Assembly (NCBI GenBank): GCA_017601345.1
Contig: JAFNIT010000001.1
Location: forward strand, 12,835-76,834
DNA: 64,000 nt
Direction of reading: 5' to 3'
From: Candidatus Brockarchaeota archaeon
Lineage (GTDB): Archaea; Thermoproteota; EX4484-205; JAAOZP01
Shown: one piece after another, positions 8,730-16,051 of the stretch
How the letters are laid out: the number at the start of each line of letters is the position of its first letter
Numbering within the stretch: the stretch's first letter is position 1
Position numbers and translations under genes: made by a program
The notes under the pieces: model-generated
Seen by the model: the letters and a program-made list of their open reading frames with translations, nothing else
Database searches by the model: none
What the model was told of the DNA's origin: nothing

Positions 8730-8876
8730 ATGTCAAAAGACGATCTATTAATTAATGCAATAATTCAAGAAATAGAAGATTTGAAGATTAGTCTAAGCAA
8801 GCTCAACAATAGGGTTTTAAGCTTAGAGAAAAAGTATCGTGAGCTAAGCAATTTCCTAAAGGTTGTCTACAGATGA
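8730..8876 (+). CDS. 48-aa coiled-coil protein, translationally coupled to the downstream ATPase
   Basis: MSKDDLLINAIIQEIEDLKISLSKLNNRVLSLEKKYRELSNFLKVVYR with a heptad-like pattern. Its stop TGA overlaps the ATG of the 8873 ORF (ATGA). Not in the ORF track. Confidence 0.4.
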   Translation: MSKDDLLINAIIQEIEDLKISLSKLNNRVLSLEKKYRELSNFLKVVYR

Positions 8877-10753
8877 ACGAGACTAGAGAAAACCTTGTAT
8901 TTTTTGCGCAAAGAACATGGTCATGGAATGCTAAGAGTAAAATCCTATACCTATCTGCTCAGAAAATCGACTCTTCTCTTTTCTGCAACATTATACATAA
9001 GCTTACACATCTTTCCCCGAGAAGAATTATAGTTCATCTTGATGATGAATGGTACGAGGTCAATAAAGAATGCTTAGATTTTCTAAAGAAATGCTCTCAA
9101 AGAGTTATTGAAGAGAAAAACAAGCGTTATAAAGCTCTTGTTGAAAAAAATTGTGACGACTACGCTAACCTGGATGATATTCAGAAAGAGCTCTGTATTA
9201 CTCCGTCTTACGGTACCTTATACTTAAAATGCTTAAACCAGATGCTGGAACTTAATATACCCGGCGAGTTATTGACCAGATGCGATATTAAAGATATGGA
9301 AAATGTTTTTAACAAGAAGTTTTCGGACAACCATAGATACGTAATAGGCCACTTACTCTACTCAATAGACGAAAGAAATAGTCTTTACAGAGTTTCCTTC
9401 TTATCAGACGATTATTTCTGGATTAATAAAGAGCTTTCGATACTCCTACGTCATGCTTATTCTGAAGAAATGCTTAAGAGTGGAAGGCTAGATCAAATTT
9501 ACAGACACAGGCTTAAAACTGGTTTAAGATTCTTAAAAATTCTGACTTCAAGAGAAATCGAGAAGTCAGTAAAGAAGTCTCTCGTTAAACATGCTCTATA
9601 CTCTTCGATTGGATTATCCAAGATCTTTCCTTTAATAATCGATGATAATGTGCAAAACTTCTTCTTAGACAATGTTGGTGAAAAGTTGTATGTAGATCAC
9701 GCCGTTTTTGGAAGACTAGATACAAACCTCAGATTTCAAGAGAAGGATTTTGAAAGCTTCATAACCCTGATCAAAAGAGAATCTAACCTTAATCTGGATT
9801 ATGCTAATCCTTCAATTAAGACTTCCATATTTTTTGATAAAATACCTATAAGAATTTCGGTAGATATTCCTCCCCTAACTTGGGGTAAGGGAGTTATAGA
9901 TGTACGGAAGCATATGAGTAATGTTCTTTCTCTCAAGTACCTTCTGGAGACGCATTATTTTTCTCCAGAATCCGTTGCCTTCTTAATCTTTGCCACACTT
10001 AACAGGGCCAACATATCTATAGTTGGAGAACCGAATTCTGGAAAAACTTCTCTCTTAAACTTTTTGAGCTACTTCATGCCCTCCTGGTGGCGCATAGTGC
10101 ACATAGAAGATGCTCTTGAAACACTCCCCCAAAGAGTTTCTGATCAACACAGGATAGTATACATTGTCGAGCCATTCGAAAGCAGGGAAGCTAAGGATAC
10201 TAAAACTCTCGAAATAATTAAGGTACTTCACAGAACCCCTTCTTATCTAATTCTTGGAGAAATCCAGACTAGAGGGCATGTAAAAGCAATGTTTCGAGCA
10301 GTTTCCGCTGGACTCAGGATAATGCATACTGCACATGCTTCCGATAGCAATGGATTTATTAAGAGGCTTGTAAAAGTATACGGTATCCCAGAGCTACTCA
10401 TATCGGAACTGGACTTGATAATAACTATGAAGAGAGTAGAATGGAGAAATACAGTTAAACGGTTTATAAGCGAGATAAAGATAGTTGATGAGAACTCTGG
10501 TTTGAAGAAAGTTTACGCTAATAATAATTTTTTAAAAAATTCTGCATACTATGATGATTTAAACGCTTCAAAGATATTTAGAAAATTAGCACGTTTAAAC
10601 TGTATTGAAGAAAATGTTCTTCAAGAAATGTATGAGGATATTAAAAGAATAATTATTAATCACGCTTTTTCAGAAAACTCCGTTATCAGGAAGCTTGTTA
10701 TTGAAACCTATTCGAAGACTTTAGGGGGAAATAGAAGCTATGAAAAGTATTAA
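8873..10753 (+). CDS. Type II/IV secretion-system ATPase (FlaI/TadA/VirB11 family) with a long N-terminal extension
   Basis: Walker A SIVGEPNSGKTSLLNF at about residue 386. Asp box/Walker B LILGEIQTRGH. His box MHTAHASD. Roughly 350 aa of N-terminal sequence precedes the P-loop. Confidence 0.85.
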   Translation: MNETRENLVFFAQRTWSWNAKSKILYLSAQKIDSSLFCNIIHKLTHLSPRRIIVHLDDEWYEVNKECLDFLKKCSQRVIEEKNKRYKALVEKNCDDYANLDDIQKELCITPSYGTLYLKCLNQMLELNIPGELLTRCDIKDMENVFNKKFSDNHRYVIGHLLYSIDERNSLYRVSFLSDDYFWINKELSILLRHAYSEEMLKSGRLDQIYRHRLKTGLRFLKILTSREIEKSVKKSLVKHALYSSIGLSKIFPLIIDDNVQNFFLDNVGEKLYVDHAVFGRLDTNLRFQEKDFESFITLIKRESNLNLDYANPSIKTSIFFDKIPIRISVDIPPLTWGKGVIDVRKHMSNVLSLKYLLETHYFSPESVAFLIFATLNRANISIVGEPNSGKTSLLNFLSYFMPSWWRIVHIEDALETLPQRVSDQHRIVYIVEPFESREAKDTKTLEIIKVLHRTPSYLILGEIQTRGHVKAMFRAVSAGLRIMHTAHASDSNGFIKRLVKVYGIPELLISELDLIITMKRVEWRNTVKRFISEIKIVDENSGLKKVYANNNFLKNSAYYDDLNASKIFRKLARLNCIEENVLQEMYEDIKRIIINHAFSENSVIRKLVIETYSKTLGGNRSYEKY

Positions 10754-11321
10754 GAAGCTTTTAACATCTCTTTACATTTTAGCACCAATAAGGAAAAAAG
10801 AAGAGAGTTCTTATGAGATAGTGACTCCATTGGTAATGGATATCATTACTGCTAAAACAATTTATAATGATTTATATAAGACATTTTATAGCGTTTCAAA
10901 AAAGGAATATGGCAATATCTACAGCTTATTAAGAAAATGTCTTAGGGAGAACTTAAATGGGAAGGATATGCAAAAAATGATAAAAAATTCTTTACAAAAT
11001 GATCCAGAACTATTAACTATTATTGATCAAGCATTTTCCATCGATGTAAAGAAAATAAGTTCAGAAGAAGTCCTAGTGCTCTTTAGGATTTTTGAATCTA
11101 AGGCAAGAAGGAAATATCAAGAATATACTCTAAAGCTTAACTCCTTGGTTTCTATTTTCTTCTTCTATATCTTCCTTGTTCCAACTCCAATTATACTGAT
11201 CTCAGAATTCCTGCCACAGACTTCCTATATACTACTGCCAATCTTTTTCATTTCCAATACCCTGATATTTAGAATATTTTTTAATAAGATTAGGAGGATC
11301 AAGAGTGAATTATTAGGTTGA
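10740..11321 (+). CDS. TadB/TadC-like platform protein, first half (single T2SSF-like unit)
   Basis: A ~130-aa cytoplasmic helical domain followed by hydrophobic helices (SLVSIFFFYIFLVPTPIILISEF, SYILLPIFFISNTLIFRIFF). Its ends overlap the ATPase upstream and the next ORF downstream. Confidence 0.55.
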   Translation: MKSIKKLLTSLYILAPIRKKEESSYEIVTPLVMDIITAKTIYNDLYKTFYSVSKKEYGNIYSLLRKCLRENLNGKDMQKMIKNSLQNDPELLTIIDQAFSIDVKKISSEEVLVLFRIFESKARRKYQEYTLKLNSLVSIFFFYIFLVPTPIILISEFLPQTSYILLPIFFISNTLIFRIFFNKIRRIKSELLG

Positions 11322-12091
11322 GGAATATTTATTATTATATATTAATTGAAGCAGGAATTCTTATTTTAGCATTTATCTTAAAACTCGAGATTCCAGCTAT
11401 AACTTCATTGCAACTTCTAGTATATACATTAATATTGACCAAAAATGGAGATGATGTGGATTCTCCAAAAACACTGGATTTGAGAGCAGTGGAGAAGATA
11501 TCCGAATATCCTGGAAACTTGGAAAATTTAGTTTTTAAATCATTTTCAGATATTAATGGGGAAACGGATTGTCGTAAGATTTTCGAAAAAGCTATTCACG
11601 ACAACATAAACGGTTTTCCAATAGGAAAAGCTCTAGTAAAGTATTCCAAACCATCAGATAAAACTATTAAAATATTGATGAAACTCGTTTCAAGCCTATT
11701 CGTTAGAGATGCGTCTTCTGTCAAAAAAGTTTTAGAAACATATATTATCATTCTGAAAGAAAACGAGATATTGAAAAATGAGAGAAGAAACATTTTTTCA
11801 GAGGCGAGGTTTAGAGCCAGAATAATGCTAATCGTTAGTGCTCTTTTAATGGGATTTCTTTCAGCAACGGGACCAGTAATCCACATGTTCTCTTCTTTTT
11901 CATCAAAGCCGATTCTTCAATTAGAAGCATCGCAAACATTTTCATTATTTACGTATTTACTGAGCGTTTCGATACTAGTACATTATTCTCTCTCTTATAA
12001 GAAGCTTTTGAAAACATTGCTATACTCCATAACCAGTTTTGCACTCTCTTTTCTAATATTTAACAAAGTACTTACAGCATTCCTATTTTAA
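11318..12091 (+). CDS. TadC/FlaJ-like platform protein, second half (polytopic membrane protein)
   Basis: Two N-terminal TM helices, a ~130-aa soluble domain, and three C-terminal TM helices. The ATGA-type overlap with the preceding ORF suggests two coupled genes rather than one fused FlaJ. Confidence 0.55.
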   Translation: MRNIYYYILIEAGILILAFILKLEIPAITSLQLLVYTLILTKNGDDVDSPKTLDLRAVEKISEYPGNLENLVFKSFSDINGETDCRKIFEKAIHDNINGFPIGKALVKYSKPSDKTIKILMKLVSSLFVRDASSVKKVLETYIIILKENEILKNERRNIFSEARFRARIMLIVSALLMGFLSATGPVIHMFSSFSSKPILQLEASQTFSLFTYLLSVSILVHYSLSYKKLLKTLLYSITSFALSFLIFNKVLTAFLF

Positions 12092-12110
12092 ATGTCTCTT
12101 AATTCCATTG

Positions 12111-12125
12111 GAGCTTATATTTTGT
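12111..12125 (+). promoter_or_regulatory. Putative internal promoter (TATA-like) for the pilin gene
   Basis: GAGCTTATATTTTG lies about 35 bp upstream of ATG 12158, inside the only non-overlapping gap (66 bp) of the operon. Confidence 0.3.
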
Positions 12126-12157
12126 TCATCTCCATTTGTAAATGAGGTGATGTAGAT

Positions 12158-12346
12158 TTGAAAATGAGAATTAAGGGATCGCAATTAATAGAAGAAGGGT
12201 TGCTTGTTGTGCTTGCACTAGTAATGCTTGGAGCAGTCTTTGGGATTTCAAAACAAATCGTGGATCACATAGCCAGTTTCTTCAACTCTCTAATAAAGGG
12301 TGTAAGTGACTTAGGCTATAGCCTATTCGGATGGCTCCTTCCTTAA
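12158..12346 (+). CDS. Flp/type-IV-like pilin with class III signal peptide
   Basis: MKMRIKG|SQLIEEGLLVVLALVMLGAVFG: a basic N-terminus, a Gly at the putative prepilin-peptidase site, Glu at +5, then a 20-residue hydrophobic helix. 62 aa in total. Confidence 0.6.
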   Translation: MKMRIKGSQLIEEGLLVVLALVMLGAVFGISKQIVDHIASFFNSLIKGVSDLGYSLFGWLLP

Positions 12347-12350
12347 AATA

Positions 12351-14123
12351 ATGGATCAAAAAATAGATCCAATATACTTCGTATTTCTTATAGTGTTACT
12401 CATATCGATGCTTAAACATATTGCAGCCGCTTTGCCTTTTTCTTTCAACAATTACTTTCCTGCCGTTTTGCCTACAGTATTCTCCCTAATAACAATCATA
12501 ATAGTATTTTTATTAAAACGCTCCAAATCTATTAAAAGTATACTACCAATTAATGACGAAAAATACTTTATTGTGAAAACAGACTCTTCTGAATTAATAA
12601 TAGGAGGGGTTTCAATATCCCCTGAAGAAAGCTCTGAATTAAGAAGTATTAAAGCCGACGATTACTATCGGAGGGTTCAGAGTTTCATAAGTGGTATTTT
12701 AAAGTCCGGAGTTTCACTCACATGCGTAACGCATATTTCTCCCGTTGAGGCTTTTGAGGACTCTGCTCATTTGACGCAGCTTTTAATAGTCAGTAGAAAA
12801 ATAGGTCGAGAGGGTATTAACGAAGCTATAAAAATGCTTGAAACAGATATTGAAAAAATGAGATCTATTTACAATACTGCTTTTCCAGAACTGAAAATAG
12901 TCAGGTTGAGTGGAGAGAAACTTATTAAGTATTTGAACAGTATTTTAATAGATAAGTCTGTCTTAGGAAAGTCTAAAGTAAGAGATTTAGCAAATTCGCT
13001 CGCACTGCATGTACCTGGATATACTTCCCTGCTTCCTTCAAATTCTTATATTGAACATGAGGGGGGAAAAGAAACGATAGATTTAGGATCGGTTATTTTC
13101 AGTGGTTCTAAAATTGCTCCGTTAAAATTAAAGATCAATATGTTTGAAAAGCATGTTGCCATATATGGTTCAACAGGATCGGGAAAGACAACTACCGCCA
13201 AACATATAGTGAGAGAATTAGCAAGATTGGGATATTCTTTAATGATTCTAGACTGGCATAATGAATACCGTCATCTTGCAGAAGAGCTTAATGGAAGAAT
13301 TTTAGGATTAGGGTCTTTCGCTTTAGATATAATTAACCCCATTGAATCTAGCAATGTATCTGAGCATGTTGCAATGGTTACAGATATTTTTGATCAAATA
13401 TATAATTTTACACCGTCACAATCGTATATGTTTAGAGAGGTGCTTTTACAAACGTTAACAGAGAACATGCTCGGTATTAAAGCATATGATCCTTTGGTTT
13501 CCTTTATAGATACGTTGGAGAAATGGAGTATTAAATCATTCTATGAAAATGAGACAAAGTTTGCATTGTTAAGAAGATTAAGACCTTTAGTAACAGGACA
13601 GAACAGAGAAATTTTCTGCAATAGGGATAAGCTAATAAGCATCAGAGATATATTAGAAGGAATTACTGTTTTCGAGCTCGGAGATATCATAGAAGTAGAC
13701 ATGCGTAAACTGACTTCACTTTTCATTTTAGCATTACTTTACGAATTTAGATTAAAGAATAGGGATTCGAAGCGCCACTTCATCGTATTAGAAGAAGCGC
13801 ATAATATACTTCCTTACAGGAGGCGTGATTCACCACAGACTATAGCTGAAAAATTATTTTTAGAGATGAGGAAGTTTAATGAAAGTTTAATACTTATATC
13901 ACAATTTCCGTCGCAAATTTCTCCAGAAATAGTAAAGTCCACCGGTTTGAAAATCTCTCACAGAATATGTGAGGGGGAGGAGTCGAGAATCTTAATGGAT
14001 ATAATGGGCTTATCTCAGGAAGATTATGACCTTCTTAAGAGGCTTCCCCCGGGATATGGCTTTTTAACGGCTGAAGGCATTTCTAAACCAATCTTTTTAT
14101 CTATCTATTTCAACGAAAAATGA
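12351..14123 (+). CDS. Membrane-anchored HerA/VirB4(CedB)-like P-loop ATPase (DUF87/FtsK-HerA superfamily)
   Basis: Two N-terminal TM helices (IYFVFLIVLLISMLKHIAAALPF; AVLPTVFSLITIIIVFLLK). Walker A YGSTGSGKTTTAKHI. Walker B FIVLEEAHNILP. A C-terminal LILISQFPSQI...ISHRI motif typical of HerA/VirB4/TrbE ATPases. Confidence 0.75.
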   Translation: MDQKIDPIYFVFLIVLLISMLKHIAAALPFSFNNYFPAVLPTVFSLITIIIVFLLKRSKSIKSILPINDEKYFIVKTDSSELIIGGVSISPEESSELRSIKADDYYRRVQSFISGILKSGVSLTCVTHISPVEAFEDSAHLTQLLIVSRKIGREGINEAIKMLETDIEKMRSIYNTAFPELKIVRLSGEKLIKYLNSILIDKSVLGKSKVRDLANSLALHVPGYTSLLPSNSYIEHEGGKETIDLGSVIFSGSKIAPLKLKINMFEKHVAIYGSTGSGKTTTAKHIVRELARLGYSLMILDWHNEYRHLAEELNGRILGLGSFALDIINPIESSNVSEHVAMVTDIFDQIYNFTPSQSYMFREVLLQTLTENMLGIKAYDPLVSFIDTLEKWSIKSFYENETKFALLRRLRPLVTGQNREIFCNRDKLISIRDILEGITVFELGDIIEVDMRKLTSLFILALLYEFRLKNRDSKRHFIVLEEAHNILPYRRRDSPQTIAEKLFLEMRKFNESLILISQFPSQISPEIVKSTGLKISHRICEGEESRILMDIMGLSQEDYDLLKRLPPGYGFLTAEGISKPIFLSIYFNEK

Positions 14124-14709
14124 GATTCAGCTTCTCGGAATGCTTAGAGAAATAACTAATCCAATCCACTTCATCACTCTTACATTTAAAGTCATTCTTA
14201 TAGCATTTCATAAACCTGTAATAGAGGTTTTTAATGCTTTTCCTAGTAGTGTCTAACTGTATGATCCTTACCTTTTTCAAGTATTTTTTAGCATTTAAGT
14301 AACAATAATCCGTAAGCTCCGATTCAACATTCTCCCTCGCTTTTTCCTCATTATATCCTTTAATTTTCCTGAGTCTATGCCAAAGAACATCAGGTCTGCA
14401 TCTCAATACGATACAACAGTCCACGTACTCAGCTGGAGAAACCTCCGCAGCATAATGGCCGTCTATTAGGAGGTTTAAATCCTCTCCAAGCTTGCTTAAA
14501 ATATATTTTCGTAAAGCCTTCTTCAGAACGCTTGTATCCACAATTCTAGTTTTCATAATACTGTCGTAGCCGATTACAGCATTCGAATCTATTGCAAACT
14601 TTCCCAAGTCAAGATGTACCCATCCTCTATTCTTTCTCACTACATAGCTGCACAGAGATGTTTTGCCGGTTCCAGCTGTGCCAGTAACAACTATGATTTT
14701 CCTCATCAC
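14110..14709 (-). CDS. Putative adenylate kinase / NTPase, Fap7-like (AAA-family kinase)
   Basis: P-loop IIVVTGTAGTGKTS at the N-terminus. ~200 aa with NMP-kinase-like layout. Confidence 0.55.
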   Translation of the reverse strand: MMRKIIVVTGTAGTGKTSLCSYVVRKNRGWVHLDLGKFAIDSNAVIGYDSIMKTRIVDTSVLKKALRKYILSKLGEDLNLLIDGHYAAEVSPAEYVDCCIVLRCRPDVLWHRLRKIKGYNEEKARENVESELTDYCYLNAKKYLKKVRIIQLDTTRKSIKNLYYRFMKCYKNDFKCKSDEVDWISYFSKHSEKLNLIFR

Positions 14710-14782
14710 TGCAATGAAAAGTTGAAGGTGTATAAAAATAGGTAACTAGGATTTGAGATTTTAAGGGTTGTCAAGATAAAGC

Positions 14783-14790
14783 TTTTATTC
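14783..14790 (+). promoter_or_regulatory. TATA-like box for tRNA-Gly(TCC)
   Basis: CTTTTATTC lies about 25 bp upstream of the mature 5' end at 14813. Confidence 0.35.
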
Positions 14791-14812
14791 ATCTTTTTTC
14801 TAAAACAATAAT

Positions 14813-14887
14813 AGCGGCGTTCGTCTAGTCTGGTTAGGACACCAGCCTTCCAAGCTGGGGATCCCGGGTTCAAATCCCGGACGCCGC
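14813..14887 (+). tRNA. tRNA-Gly(TCC)
   Basis: Manual fold: acceptor GCGGCGT/ACGCCGC plus A73. D-stem GTCT/GGAC. Anticodon stem CCAGC/GCTGG with loop CTTCCAA (anticodon TCC). T-arm CCGGG-TTCAAAT-CCCGG. 75 nt, no intron. Confidence 0.85.
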
Positions 14888-14931
14888 ATAAAAGCCTAAT
14901 AACCCATTTACCTCTTCTGCATAAGGTTTAG

Positions 14932-15282
14932 TTGGTAAAAAAGAAAGCAATCGCAATAGCGCGCGAGAGGATTGATATTTTGATAAGAATGGCCCTAGAT
15001 ACCGCAAGTGAAAACGTTAGTGATGCAGAGTCGTATGTTAAGCTTGCTTGGAGAATAGCTGAGAAGTTCAATATAAGGGGAAAAACAATACTTAGAAGGT
15101 ATTTTAGGTGTAGTAAATGTAAGAATTTTCTAATACCGGGTTATAGTTGTCGGATTAGGATATTGAAGAAAAGGGGACTGGGGGTTATTTGCATGAAATG
15201 CGGAAAACTTAAGATAATACCGATTTTTAATGAAGAAATAATAAGTCGGACAGCACGTCTAAAAGCAGGAATTGGGTCCTGA
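14932..15282 (+). CDS. rnp4: RNase P protein component 4 (Rpp21/Rnp4)
   Basis: N-terminal helical region (IARERIDILIRMA) and a C-terminal zinc ribbon CSKC...CMKCG, typical of archaeal Rpp21. Confidence 0.7.
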   Translation: MVKKKAIAIARERIDILIRMALDTASENVSDAESYVKLAWRIAEKFNIRGKTILRRYFRCSKCKNFLIPGYSCRIRILKKRGLGVICMKCGKLKIIPIFNEEIISRTARLKAGIGS

Positions 15283-15886
15283 ATTCATGATGGAGTTAGA
15301 GCATTTCGTAAAATCCTTCATTCTGCTATTTGCAATATTGGATTCTGTAGGCAATGTTCCTGTTTTCCACGCTTTCTTAGAATCTGCACCTGTAGAAAAA
15401 AGGAGGAAAATAATATGGGAATCTGTAGTTGCAGCAACTTGTGTCCTAATATTTTTCGCCCTGCTCGGCTCAGCTATGTTCAGCTTCCTCGGAATAAGAT
15501 TATCGGATTTCTACATAGCCTCGGGAATAGTGCTTGTAGCAATCTCTCTAAAATACATAATCGTTGGGGAGGAGGCCGAGGTCAGGGACGAGAAATTCGA
15601 GGAGATATCTGTTTTCCCACTGGCAACTCCACTCCTCGCAGGACCGGGAAGCATATCTACTGTCATCATAATATCCAACCCCCCCTACAATGTTTTTACC
15701 TGTATAATTGTAATCATTCTTAACGCGATTCTAGCATACTTGATACTTTTGAATGGTGATAGGATTATGAACAGCATAGGGAGAACACCGTCAAAACTCA
15801 TTGCAAAAATATTCAATCTTATAATAGTGGCTTTTGGAATAGTAATGATCAGAAATGGTTTAGAAGTATTTCTAGACATTAGATGA
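15272..15886 (+). CDS. MarC-family (UPF0056) integral membrane protein
   Basis: Six predicted TM helices and a conserved ILDSVGNVPVF-like N-terminal motif. The start may be the internal Met at ~15287. ORFs 15415..15723 and 15685..15879 are out-of-frame overlaps. Confidence 0.7.
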   Translation: MGPEFMMELEHFVKSFILLFAILDSVGNVPVFHAFLESAPVEKRRKIIWESVVAATCVLIFFALLGSAMFSFLGIRLSDFYIASGIVLVAISLKYIIVGEEAEVRDEKFEEISVFPLATPLLAGPGSISTVIIISNPPYNVFTCIIVIILNAILAYLILLNGDRIMNSIGRTPSKLIAKIFNLIIVAFGIVMIRNGLEVFLDIR

Positions 15887-16051
15887 CGAAAAGGTTAATA
15901 TAGTGCTCAACGAAGAGTTAGGGAAGGAGGTGTAGCGCGTGTACAGCGTAAATACTGCCATAAGGGGGCGAGACTACCTGCATACAGAATGCAGAAACAC
16001 CTCTAGCTGGAGAAATTAATAGTTTCAGAACGTTTTGGGGAGGCGGGTCCG

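Noticed and set aside
14709-14900. tRNA-Gly(TCC) as attachment site of an integrated element carrying the pilus/ATPase locus
   Set aside because: No integrase gene, no partial tRNA 3'-end direct repeat noticed upstream, and the flanking genes (Fap7-like, Rpp21, TFB) are housekeeping-like. This cannot be excluded without a repeat search.
15415-15723. 102-aa ORF within the MarC gene region
   Set aside because: It is an alternate frame of the MarC membrane protein gene; its Cys/Arg-rich translation is not protein-like.
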